Shown: piece by piece, positions 22,651 through 34,860 of the stretch
Layout: every line of letters begins with the position of its first letter
Position numbering within the stretch: position 1 is the first letter of the stretch
From: Antechinus flavipes
Taxonomy: Eukaryota
NCBI RefSeq assembly: GCF_016432865.1
Contig: NC_067398.1
Location: 557,752,001-557,816,000 of the forward strand
Direction of reading: 5' to 3'
Length of the DNA stretch: 64,000 nt
Position numbers and translations under genes: made by a program
The notes under the pieces: model-generated
The model's database searches: none
Told to the model about the DNA's origin: nothing
Seen by the model: the letters and a program-made list of their open reading frames with translations, nothing else

Positions 22651-23861
22651 AAGAAGTTTTAAAAAATGTTAGTTTCCATCCTCCCCCAAATAATATTGGG
22701 TATATTTTTATATATCCTGTATTTACTTTTCTGTGAATGTGATGTATACCTCTAGAATAATGTAAGCTTTTTGAGAACAGAAGCCGTCTCATGTTTATAT
22801 CTGTATCTTCAGTACCCAGTACAGTGCCTCACATGGCAAAAACTTATCAAATATTTGTTTGATAGATTGATTGATGATCCTTACGTGTTACTGATATCTA
22901 CACAAGAGAATCTCCAAGGAAGTAAAAAATAGCCTGGTTTCCCAGTAGCGTGAGTGGCAACCTAAATGCAGCAGCAACTTGTGATTACAAGTCGAATACC
23001 ATAACAACTAAAGGAATAAATGAGGAGGTAAAAGGAAGAGCCCCCTACTTCCCTTCTCAATTCTCCCACTAGAGTCAGAGTCATTAGAACATTAGAGATG
23101 GCAGACAATCTTGCAGAAAATCTAGAGATCAGCAGCAAGCCATGAATAGGTAGGAAGAGAGAAGAAGTGTATGGATGGAGAAAAAAATAAATAAATAAAA
23201 CAAAGACATTTTGTTGCTTGGTCACACAAATTGGCAATGTTTGACACATTTCTCATTATGTCACCCTATTAATTAAATTCCTGAATTTAATTAGTCTGAC
23301 TGGGAGAAAATGGAAGAGAAGGTCCTAATGGGTCTATCTGTGCTGTTGATTGTTTCCCCAAAGACAAATTGTTGACTATAGAAAATTAATTAATCTCTCA
23401 TTTTTCTCTGTTAATCTCAGTATAATAGATTACCCTTCAAATGGGCATTTCTCATTAGAGGTGTTTCAGGTTTCAACTACCTAGCACAATGTCTGGCACA
23501 AGTAAGAGAAGTTTAATAAAAACTTGTTAATTGATTGAATGGTTGATCTAAGTGTAAAAGAAAATGGCACACCATTCTAGTATCTTTGCCAGGAAAACCT
23601 GAAATGAGATCATGAAGAGTCAGACATGAATGGAAAAGCTGAACAATAACAAAAGTTTTTCAGGTAAATAGTTAAGACAAATGCTTGACAACAAGAATTA
23701 TGAAAATTGCATTTTATGGAACCAACTCCTCCCACTGTTTGGTGTAGGATAGCAATAAATACCACATTTGTGAATTATGAAAATTCATTTGACTATTCTA
23801 AAGGTTAGTGCCATAGTCAATTGAGAAATGACCCTTACTTTTATAAATGTGTTTTGAAGAA

Positions 23862-24062
23862 AAGCTAATGAATAGAGTATCAGTCCTGGAGTCAGGAAGA
23901 TATATCATTATGAACTCAAATTTGGCTTCAAACACTTACTACTATGTGATCCTGAGCAAGTCACTTAACTCTGTTTTTCTCACTTCACTATTTGTAAAAT
24001 GAGCTGGAGAAGAAAATGGAAAATCACTCCTTGAAAACCCAAAATGGGGTCATACAGAGTTA
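23862..24062 (+). mobile_element. Mar1-type SINE
   Basis: cctggagtcaggaagatatatcattatgaactcaaat, core, RTE tail gtaaaatgagctggagaagaaaatgg...aaaacccaaaatggggtc. Confidence 0.85.
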
Positions 24063-24064
24063 GC

Positions 24065-26120
24065 TATTTTAGTGTCTGAGGTACCTTTTTTCCTGATTAT
24101 ATCTTTTAATTAGGTCTATTTTTGCTTTTGCTTTGTTTGAAATCATGATTGCTGAAGCATATTAGATTCTTCTCCAGCCTTTGATTTTAACTTTTTTTGT
24201 GTCTTTCATTTGTCTCTCATAAGCAACATATTGTTGAATTTGTCTCTCATAAGCAACATATTGTTGAATTCTGGTTTCTAATCCATTCTATTATGTGCTT
24301 CTATTTTATGGGTAAGCTCATCTCATTCAGATTTACAGTTATGATTACTGTGTATTTCCCTCCATCCCATTATTTTCTGTTACTTCTTTTTTCTCTCTTT
24401 TTATCCTGTCCCTCTTCAAAAATCTATTTAGCTTTAAACCAAAGCCTTCTTTTATTATTAAACCCTCCTCATTATTATTCCCCCTTTCATCTTCTTTTTT
24501 TTCCCTTCTATGTCCTATTGAGAAAGTAATATTTTTACACATACCTGAATATGTGTATGTGTGTATATTCTTCCCTATTTGAACCAATTCCAATAAGGAT
24601 GAAGTTCAAGCATTGCCTACCACATTTTTACCTCCATTGTAAAAGTTCTTCTTTGCATATCTTTTTTATATGAGAAAATTTTCCCCATTTTATTTCTCTC
24701 TTGTTCCATTTCCCAGGGTAGTGGCCTTTCTCACCCATTCATTTAACATAATTGACTCATACCCATGCCATCCATCTATGTAAACTCAGTTTAATTCACC
24801 TAATAATGACAAAATTCTTAGAAGTTATATGTGTCATGTTTTCATCTAGGAATGTAAACAATTTAACTTACATTGAGTCACTTATGATTATCCTTTCATG
24901 TTTATTCTTTTATGCTTTGCTTCATTCGTATATTTGAATGTCAAATTTCCTATTCAGTTTTCATTAAGAATACTTGAAAGTTTTCTTTTTCATTAAATAT
25001 CCATTTTCTCCCTGAAGAATTATACTCAATTTTGATGAATAGGTGATTCTTGATTGTAATCCCAGGCCCTTTGCATTCTAGAATATCATGTTCCAAGCCC
25101 TCCACTCCTTTAATGCGGAAACTATGAGATCTTATATAATCATGACTGTGGCTCCACAATAGTTGAATTATTTTTTCATGGCTTCTTTTTTTTTTATCTT
25201 TACTATATTTTATCTTTGACCTGAGAACTCTGAAATTTGGTTATAATATTTTTGGGAATTTTCTTTTTAGTATTTTTTGGGAGGTGATCAGTGGAATATT
25301 TCAAGTTCTGTTTTACCCTCTATATCTAAGATAACAGGGTAGTTTCCTTCAATAATTTCTTTTTTGGTAAATGTATTTAAATTGTTATTTTTATCCAAAT
25401 TTATGTCTTGTTCTTTGCCACAATAATCACATTTTATAGTCAAATTCTTTTTTGTTGTTTGCTCATTTTTCCAGTTTTATGTTAAAGTTGGATTCTGCTT
25501 ACCTGAAATTCAAAAGATATTGTCCCAAGCATCAGGTTTTTTCATTCTGCTGTTTTCAAAGCTAATTTAAGGGAGTCTAAAAGTTTTTGGTGCTTCCAAG
25601 ATAGTGTAATATTGGAAAAGGTATGGTCACTGCTCTCTGGATCTTTGTTCTGATGTTCAGCAAGAAAGGGTCTTGTACTCTGCAGTTACAAGCACTAGTC
25701 CTTGTCTTCACCTTGAAACTGTGACTAGGGTTCCTTATAATTAATCATAAATTCTCTCCACATTGGAACTGCAACTAGTTGCACCCAATGTCAGCAAAGG
25801 GTTTTCTGTAATCTCACTCTGATCATTTGTCCAAGTTCTTTACTATCTCTGAGTTGAGAGGTCCCAAATCTGTTGTTCCTTCTTCTGTGACCACTTTTGC
25901 CTATGTTTGGGACCTGGACATCCCTCTACTTTGGGTCATTTACTTCTCCTGCAAACCTCTTAAATTTTCTTAGACTGAAAAAAAATCTCACCCCAGACTT
26001 TTTGTTGGCTCTGCTACTGCAAAATTTGATTTAAGGCATTAATTTAAAATTGGTTGGAGGAGAATGCTGGAAGAGCTCAGCTGGATGGCTGCCCCTAATT
26101 TGCCATCTTGATTCTGTGCC
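24065..26120 (-). mobile_element. L1 5' portion: 5'UTR, partial ORF1, endonuclease N-terminus (antisense, disabled)
   Basis: Minus strand ~24350-24240 gives ITVNLNEMSLPIK*KHIIEWIRNQNSTICCL*ET (L1 endonuclease); ~25170-25020 gives FNYCGATVMII*DLIVSALKEWRAWNMIF*NAKGLGLQSRITYSSKLSI (ORF1 C-terminal domain); begins near caagatggc at ~26109. Confidence 0.9.
24211..24270. repeat. perfect 30-bp tandem duplication
   Basis: tgtctctcataagcaacatattgttgaatt at 24211-24240 and 24241-24270. Confidence 0.95.
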
Positions 26121-26769
26121 AACAATAGTCTAAGGTCCATTCTAAAATAAGACATCTCTCCTTTCTTTCCAGTTTGAAGCATTTCCTTCATTCTCCATTT
26201 CTGAAGATTATTACCAGCTACTTAGCAATCATAATCATAATACAACAAGAATGAATAAATACAATAAAAAAGCATTTAATAAGTGTCTACCATAGGTAAA
26301 GCATCGAGCTCAGTTCCAAAGTAAAGATTGCTGAATCCTACCCCAAGTATATCAAAAAAGAGAATTGTGTTCCCTTAATCTTTCGACAATGACTTCAAAT
26401 TAAATCATTCTCTTCAGGAAGAAGCTTTCACTCTTTCAGGTCATTGGCAATATCCTTAGCAATTTGCTTCAGTGGTCTACTCATTTTTACTGGCCTAAGA
26501 CAATCTGGTTTCTAAGGAGGGTAACAACTACAATATTATGTGCAGGTCCCAGATTAAAGTATCTATTGTACATTCATAATGAACCTAACTCAAAAATGAA
26601 GTAGTATCTTCTCTGGGCCTGATGAATTGAACTCCCCAAGGACAGTCAAATGTCTTCTTACTGTCCCTTCATATCTTGTCTTTTAATTCTCTGTTGTTTT
26701 CATTTTATCCTTCCCAGAACAAAGCTTGGTTTCCCTGGTTAAAAAAAAAAAAAAGGAGGATAAGTCAAA

Positions 26770-27170
26770 TAATTCTGCCTTCTCTCTGTTGCCTAATACA
26801 TTTTCCATCTCAAGCAGTAGTCCTATTCCTTCTTTGTTCTGTTCTTGCCTGTCAGCAGAGTTTAAAATGTCTTTTTTGTTGTCCTTGGTTTTAATAAAGT
26901 ATCAGCTGATTCTGAGTCTTAGTGTTTCTAAAGTTTTCATGCTTTACTCCTGTGCCCTTCTTTTGACTACCTTTTTTCCCCCTGTTTTTGCAAGTGTCTA
27001 TTTTAAAAATTTGTGCTATAATCTGAAAGACAATTCCTTCCTTGTTCTTCTAATTTGTTTACAATGTGGCTTTTTATATCTAGGTCACAGCCATCTGGAG
27101 ATTATTTTGGTATAAGGTGTGAGATATTGATCTAAATCTATTTTCTCCCATAATATTTTCTAGTTTCCTA
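26770..27170 (-). mobile_element. L1 ORF2 C-terminal fragment (antisense)
   Basis: Minus strand ggaaactagaaaatattatgggagaaaatagatttagatcaatatctcacaccttataccaaaataa corresponds to the post-RT LDxxLTPYTKIN region. Confidence 0.7.
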
Positions 27171-27179
27171 AAAGTCTTA

Positions 27180-27440
27180 AAGGCTCATCAATATAATCAA
27201 TCATGACTTTAGAGGATTAATGACAAATAATACTGCCTATCTTATGACAGATAAATATGATAAAGTAATATGCAAAATGAGAAATTCACTTTTGGTTGTG
27301 GTTAATGTAGGAGTTTGTTTTGCTTGACTATGTTTATGTAATTTTATTATTATTTTATTTCCTTTTCAGAGAGTAGGAGGAAAATACAAGTTTTATAATC
27401 AAAAAATAAAATTTTATTTAAAGATGAATCTTTAATTTGA
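27180..27440 (+). mobile_element. L1 3'UTR fragment
   Basis: aatcatgactttagagg...ggagtttgttttgcttgactatg...A-rich end. Confidence 0.65.
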
Positions 27441-27708
27441 AAAATAAAATAAAATTCACTGTGTACATTCACTTTAAGCTCTTTATACTTTTTACCCTTT
27501 CCTTTTCATAAGAACATTTCTGTTTCTATCATCAAAATGTTATTCTTTTTTTTTTGGACAAAATATTTTTTTATTATCCTCAGACATCTCCCAAAAACTA
27601 GAAGTAGTTGCAGAACAGTTCCTCATTTTCACTTTTAGAGAAAATTTCTTCATTTGGAGTTTTCTATGTGAATGAAATCCCAGACCTGAATTCCTCTCCC
27701 TCCCCCCA

Positions 27709-29033
27709 TTTTTATTAAAGCTTTTTTATTTTCAGAACATATGCATAATATTGGAATCTTTACAAACTGCTAACTCATTAGAGTTGATAGATTATTGATC
27801 TGATCTTACAAGAAGATGTTTTGGGCCAGAACCTAAAATAAAGTACTAAGTAGAACTAATTAATACAATGCTTGTGTTCACACCTTTACTCATTGGAGTT
27901 CACAAGTATGGGAGACTCACAAAGTTAACTGTGTAACTTTGTGAATTCACACCTCCCTTGAAGCTCTTAGGGCCAGAGAGCACTATGGGAGAAAACCCAT
28001 AATCCCTCTCTCTCGTATCCTACAATTCCTCTCTCTCATATATATAAGATACAGACAGAGGCTCTCAGAGAGAATTCAGACAACTTACATGGAGAGGAGA
28101 GCGTCAAGTCAGAAGAAGCCACAAGTCAGAGTTGAGCTAGAGCCAGGAGAGAATTACTTCGGAAGGCAAGAGAGACAGATTCATCTTTGTGCTGGCTGGA
28201 GGCTGAAGAAAGCAGAGGCAGAGGCTGAAGGACAAACCTTTGGATTTGGAGACATTCGGAGGGAGCACTTGGAACCAAGCAGAGAGATAAGAATCTAGCT
28301 ATCCGGGCCCAAGGAAAAAGACAAGACTTGGAAGGAGAAATAAACATTTGTATTTTTACCAGCTGACTGCATTTGGGTAATTATTGATCTGAACTGAAAC
28401 TAAGGCTGCCTCCAGAAAACCTCCTCGAGAAACCTTCTCTCACAGAGAGTACTATTATATTTAAAAGAAGAAAATCACCACAGATAAGTTTTAACATTCA
28501 CCTCTGCAAAACCTTGTGTTCCAAATTTTCCTCTCTCCTCTCCTCCCACCTTCTCCCCTAGACAACAGGTAGTCCAATATATGTTAGACATATGCAGTCC
28601 TTCTATAAATATTTCCACAATTATGTTGCACAAGAAAAATCAGATCAAAAAGGGAAAAAAAGTGAGAAAGAAAACAAAATGTAAGCAAACAACCACAGGG
28701 TGAAAATACTATATTGTGATCCACAATCCCCACAGTCCTCTCTCTGGGTACAGATGGCTCTCTGCATCATAAGGCCATTGAAACTGGCCTGGATCATCTC
28801 ACTGTTTAAAAGAACCATCTCTATCAGGGTTGATCATTGTATAATCTTGCTGGTCCTATGTACAATGATCTTCTGGTTACACTCACTTTACTTAGCATTA
28901 GTTCATGTAAGTCTCTTCAGGCCTCTCTGAAATCATCCTGATAATTGTGTTTTATAATACTATTCCATAACATTCATATACTATAACTTATTCAGCCATT
29001 CTCCAACTGTTGGACATCCATTTAGTTTCCATT
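27709..29033 (-). mobile_element. dasyurid-type L1 3' end (antisense), split by the LTR
   Basis: tttattaaagcttttttattttcagaacatatgcat (27709-27746) resumes after the LTR as gataagttttaacattcacctctgcaaaaccttgtgttcc... to ttcagccattctccaactgttggacatcca. Confidence 0.85.
27749..28482 (+). mobile_element. ERV solo LTR (~734 bp)
   Basis: Starts TA(TG-decayed)TTGGAATC and ends ...CACCACA; TATATAA at 28041-28047, AATAAA at 28339-28344; flanks cataa / gataa form a near-TSD; interrupts an otherwise continuous L1 3' end; ORFs 28089..28298 and 28126..28347 lie inside. Confidence 0.8.
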
Positions 29034-29985
29034 TTAGGTTCAGATGATGTCAAATTTCCCTTCTTTATCTATTACAAAATCAAAGTAGGACAAAATCCTC
29101 ATGTTAAAAGGGGCTAAATTTCTAAAACAACTTTTAAAGACAAATTCAGGTAAAGGGAGTAGAAATTTTGAAGAGAGATTTTAGATACAATACCCATGTG
29201 GAGACAAAGACCTCAAGATACTAAGTTCCAAAGACATTTTCACCATATTAAAGACTACTACAGGGAAAAGATACAGAACAGATATGCGGCAGAAAGGGCT
29301 GATCTGTTCTATATTCACCAAAGGGAAAAACCCATCTTGCAACTCCCTAGTAATAACAAGGTAGTTTAGTGGTCCTTATAGCTAACCTTAGATGCATCTT
29401 AGCAATACTCCCTTACAGAATTCACTTCATAAAATCAAGAGCAACTGCCTTGGAAAATGGACATTATTTCCCTTGTTAATCCTCCTGTAATCACAGAATT
29501 TTAGAACTGTGTTTAATCCAGCATAGCTGACCTCTCCAAACCCTAAACACTTTGAAAAGAGGAAATGAGTCTCCTTTAGTGATAGATGACTTCTTTAAAT
29601 TAAATTATTTTCTTCAGGAAACAATTCTGGCTTTGTTTTTGAAACTGGAAATACCCTTAGCAAATTGTTTGCCTCAGTTCTCTACAGTTATCCTTGTAGA
29701 CTGGAAGCAGTCAACCAGGACATTCCAACTAAACAGGCAGACTCTAGCTCAAAGTATCTATTGTACCTTCAGCATGCAATGGAGCAGGCAGTTCCCTATC
29801 TTAGAAACTTTGAAAAGAATGTTGTTCCTGCTATTGTCCCTGTTCTCCACCCCCAATTCCTTCCAAACCACTAGATGAAAACTTTGGCTTAGGGCTTATT
29901 GAAGCCTATCAATGTTCAAATACTGCCAAGAAAAGATAATACTTTAGGGGTAATCATTTACACCTGAGTATAGGTGAAGGTGACT

Positions 29986-30118
29986 GTGTTTGCCTTAGTT
30001 TCTCCTCTGTAAAATGAGCTAGAGAAAGAAATGTCAAACTAGTCAAGTATCTTTGCCAAGAAAACCCTCAAATGAGGTCCTAAAGAGTCAGACATGACTA
30101 AAAATAGCAACAACAATA
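29986..30118 (+). mobile_element. Mar1 SINE 3' half
   Basis: ctgtaaaatgagctagagaaagaaatgtcaaac...gtatctttgccaagaaaaccctcaaatgaggtc...gtcagacatgact. Confidence 0.8.
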
Positions 30119-30533
30119 AATAAATTTATCAGGTACTTTCCTAGAAAAGTTTATTTGAAGGAAGATGAAGAGTGTGGTGGCAAAAAAGCAAAAAGCAAAG
30201 GAAAAAATGAAGGTATAGATAACCTAAAGATGGCGTTGGTACCACAGAAGGGTAAAAAAAGAAATAGGAAGAGGTAGATTAGAGGCTTCCAAGGTAAACT
30301 TCACCTACTTCTAATTTTTGCCTTAGGTTGGACTTTTATATATTCAATATCAGAAAATAATAAACCCACTTAACCAGTCTTCTTCTCTTTTGAGGAACTA
30401 AATTCATATGCTTTTCTCACTGGTCAGACAAAAATGATATTTGAGGGCAATGATATTCCATATACATTATGCCCTTGATGTCCCCTGGTACATCTTCCTC
30501 GAGGGCTGTAATTCTTTAGCCTGATTCCATAGT

Positions 30534-30673
30534 NNNNNNNNNNNNNNNNNNNNNNNNNNNNNNNNNNNNNNNNNNNNNNNNNNNNNNNNNNNNNNNNNNN
30601 NNNNNNNNNNNNNNNNNNNNNNNNNNNNNNNNNNNNNNNNNNNNNNNNNNNNNNNNNNNNNNNNNNNNNNNNN
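30534..30673. other. assembly gap (140 N)
   Basis: N run. Confidence 0.99.
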
Positions 30674-33224
30674 GGGTGATGACAGGCATTCCTGCTATAA
30701 TTTATACAATTTCATTTTTCTTAATCATGAGTTACATTTCTCTTACGTCACCTGTCTGAAATGAAAACTAAAATTTCTACCTCTGCTCCCACATTTGTAG
30801 CCCTGCTAATCATGCAGCCACTTTTACAAAGTGATGAGGGAGAGGCAATAACCCAATAATACACACTCAGATTAGCCTCTTCTCTGAAATTGCTTTCCCC
30901 TAATGATAGTTATATCCTTTCTGAGAGAAAGGGAAGGAGGGGAGGCAGAGGAAAGGTGGAAGAAGAAGGAGAGAGAAAGTGAAGAAAAAACACAGAAACA
31001 GACAGACAGACAGAGAGAACAAAGACAGAGACAGAGATGATTATAGGAGGATCCATGGATACCATGTTTTAGGTATTTAACAAAACATGTAAAGATTCCA
31101 TGAGCCTTATAATGTGAAAACTACATAACTCTCTGATGCTGTGTGACCCATAAATTTTTAGCAATTAAGAATAATGCTACTTTCTACTTAGAACAACTAT
31201 ACAACATAAAAGAGAATGTAGAGAGATCACTACATTAGATTGACTTAATATCTCTCCAGAAACTGTCAGTTTGGGGCAGTCCTGACGTTTTGAATTATGA
31301 ACAAACACTTTAGGATTCTCCAACCATTTTGAGAGGCCAAGAAGATCCAGCCCCAAAGTCTTTTCAGTCATATAATTCTATTCAGTCTTTTTAAGTTTAC
31401 ATCATCTTAAAACAATCTCACATACCTGGCAAAACTTTAGATTGTCTAGTCCCATGTCTACAACTCTTAAATCAATGAAAATTAACTTGAGCAGGGTAAC
31501 AATGCTTATTTAATAGACACTGAATTTTCATTGAATTCTCTTCTACAGTAGTCAATAAAACAATCTGCCCCTCCCAAAAAAACTTCCGTGAACTAGTTTC
31601 AATAAGTTACATATTCTATAGCTAGCTTCACCCTATGGACCTCCAGTGACTGTAAAAGATTCAAATTGCGCAATCTATTCTTTAATTGGATTATGATAAC
31701 AAACTAGAATTATGGGTGCTAATATTAGAATACATGGTAACTAATCTGCTGTACTCTTGTTATTAACAGTAATTAGTGCTAGGGATTGCCAAGTATCTAG
31801 CATAGCTTTAAGCCACTAGACTCCTTTGGGTCTTCTCCAGCTCTACTATTTAACATGGAACATGTAAATGAGAAATTTTATGCCTTTTTATGTCTATTTT
31901 TGACATGTAGCAATGAACATGTGAAAAACATAGCAAGTAAGATCTTCTAAACATAATTGCCTTTTGCCCTTCATATACTTACAGTTATTGGCCTTTATCT
32001 CCCTTATACATTTTTAGAGGATGAGGAAAAAAAACTACACAGTTATTATTGTGGTTCATCTATCAAATGTTAAAAAAAAATGATAACAGCAAGTGATTGA
32101 AAGGAATAGAAAATTAATTGCTGCAAACCCATACACTGGTTCATTGCGTTTTTCATTGATGTGTCCTTTTTCTCTTTCAGACACAAAAGAAAAATTGAGA
32201 CAAACAAGGTTTTCAAATTGTATCCTCCTCCTGTAATAATAAGTTGGTGGGTGCTTAAAGCCTCTCACCAACTATAATCTTCCAAATCCCCTACATGCCA
32301 TAGGAAATTGAAATTCAGTGGAGGCTATCAGGCCTTGTAAAGACAAACTATTCTTCATCAAAGAAGTGTCCGCATTGATAAATTGCTCTCTTCATACTCA
32401 TGACACTATCTCTAAAAGTGATTTGTGTACATTAGGATGGTTGTAAAAGATGAAATAAGAAACCCTTAGGAGTAAACTAAGACAAAGAATGAAAAAGATT
32501 ACTGGTAACAGTCAAGTAGCTCCATATGGAGCCAGTTTTAGGAAAGAAGCATTCATTCTGCAATTGATTTCTCAATCACAATACACAGAGTCCAGGAAAT
32601 CATCAGATCATAGGTTTAGAACTAAAATGGATCTATTTATTGCAACTCCTGCATTTAGGCTCAGAGAGGTTGTGACCTGTCCAAAGTAACAGAGATAATA
32701 AGAATAAAGGTAGAATTTGAATTAAGGTTCTCATTTTTTAAAATTCAAATTTTTTGTCCTTTTCACCAAATGCTAACTAAATACCTGTGGTCCATGATGG
32801 GAATCTTTTGGAAAATATCCCAAGGTGTTCTAGGTTTCTTCTAAGAGAAATATGAAAGGGAAAGGAATGAATTTTGGTTTTGTCTACATAAGTTTCATAA
32901 TTACCACAAATGGACTTAACTCTCCAGCGGGAAAAGTGTTACCAATTTCACAGTCCCTCTATGTTAACTGCCATTACTGATTTGCAAGGCACTTACCTAC
33001 ATTGATTTCTCAGTTTCGCATTTTCTGCCACCACAATCACAGAGGTAGATTCTGATTAGCAGGGGAGCAGATGGCTAAGAGGGCAACAAGAGTTTGGGAA
33101 ACCATCAACAGATCACAAACACCAAGAATCAGTGTACCATGCTCTAATGACAGTTATGGCTCTCTAAAAATATTCTCCTATTTTGACATTAGATTAATGA
33201 GAATCATATAGAGACAATTACTTT

Positions 33225-33400
33225 CAGGCAGTAGGATAACAATAGAAAGAGCATGAGTTCTGAATTGCGAGGACCTGGGTTTAAATTCTGCCTCTTATCA
33301 CTCTCTGTGGGGCTTTAAGTAAATAATTAGACTTCAGTTTCCTTATCTGTAAAGTTATGGCTTGACTTCTTTGGTCCTTTCCAATTAAGAATATGCTAGA
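33225..33400 (+). mobile_element. MIR3-type SINE
   Basis: gaggacctgggtttaaattctgcctc...cagtttccttatctgtaaa...gtcctttccaa. Confidence 0.65.
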
Positions 33401-33409
33401 ACCAAAGCT

Positions 33410-33630
33410 TACAGATTCTGGAGAGCTAATTGTTAAATTTTCAGCATAGCATTTACACCTTGGATATCAACAAAAATTACAAATCAAGGCTTCATTTATT
33501 GCTTTATAGATTGTCTAAGACTTTAAAAAGTGTTTAAAAAACAAAGTTTGATGGAGAATCAAACTTAAAAGTACTCCATAACTTTTTGGTAAAGTCAGTT
33601 ATTAAACATTATTTACTTGCTTCCAGCACT
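33410..33630. mobile_element. MER63-like hAT element
   Basis: gagagctaattgttaaattttcagc...catttacacc...acaaatcaaggcttcatttattgctttatagattgtctaagacttt...aaacttaaaag. Confidence 0.65.
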
Positions 33631-34234
33631 TTTTTCTAAAATCTCTCTCAATACTAGTCTTTATTAACTTCCTATTGTGTGGATATTTCCTGATGTGATT
33701 AGGTTCACTTTTCCTACTAGCAGAGTTTATAAGGCACTAACTAATTATTGCTCTCTCACTTCTGCTATGTGTTTAAACAGTTGAGAAGCCTGGAGATAAT
33801 AATTGAGTAAAACTATTGACCATTGGGTATCCAACAAAATAATGTCTTTGTCCTTTAACAATGATCAATACATTTTCATGTCCATTCATGTACCAAACTG
33901 CAATATTATGTATGACAAGTGATTTTCCAAAAGTCTTGAGACTCAATTAAGGCCCTATTTCTTCGAAGAAGAAAAAAATAATAGCAAACTATTTCTTTTA
34001 ATTTGACAAATATTCAAATGTATCTGCGATCTCATCAATAGTATGATACACAATTCATTCATCACTATCCATCCTGTGTGATTTTTATCTTTGTCATTTT
34101 ACAAATGAAAAAAATGGAATCCCAGAAAAAGTAAATGACTTACCCCATGTTATGCAGGTAAAAATTATAGTCAGGATTTGAATACAGCTTTTCTGATTCC
34201 AAAGTCAGTGATTTTTCCTCCGCAACACAGCCAT

Positions 34235-34860
34235 AAAGGCTCCTTCCAATATGCCAGAAGGATCTTTCTCACTTTCTCATGACAACAAAAAGATGCCAGA
34301 GGGGCATGGAAGCTGTACAACACTTATCCTTCATTCTTACTACATGATATCCCATCTTCTTTCTCTATTACACATCTCTTCATCGATACACTTTAATCTT
34401 GTTTTGTGTGACTCCTTAATTGTTATATATTTCAGCCTTCTTACAACCATCACATGCCTCTCACCTTTTGAGTGATACTGAATTTCAGTTCTTCAGACTG
34501 TTGTATTCAATGACTATGAAAGATTTTTTAATTAACTGTATTCATAAAAAGAAAAAACCCTACCTTTGCTATGTTACCCTTTTACTAAATAATTTCTCAT
34601 TTCTCTGTTTTTCTTGGGTTGCTAGTTAGCACATATATTGCGGGCCTTACTTAATTCAACTCCTGGATTGACTCAATCTCCTCAACCTGCCTTCATACTA
34701 CAAGTCTGAGTTCCTAGAGAAGAACTATCACCACACAATCACATTCAAAATCTTTTAAGGTTCAAGAGATAATCCTATTGTGGAAGAATGCATTCTTCCT
34801 ACTTACCCCCATAGCTTTCAGGCCCCCTACATATAAATTCCCATTTACACCAAACCAGTC
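34235..34860 (+). mobile_element. L2 fragments
   Basis: Pyrimidine-rich L2 3' region text (caatctcctcaacctgccttcatac...aaaatcttttaaggttc); approximate. Confidence 0.5.

Noticed and set aside
28089-28347. ORFs inside the LTR as retroviral genes
   Set aside because: Lie between TATA and poly(A) signal of a solo LTR; no gag, pol or env motifs, no primer-binding site or second LTR
32140-32215. Strong plus-strand acceptor tgtgtcctttttctctttcag at 32180 and a GTATCCT U12-like string nearby
   Set aside because: No credible U2 donor downstream (AAG|gttttc) and GTATCCTCC deviates from the RTATCCTT U12 consensus
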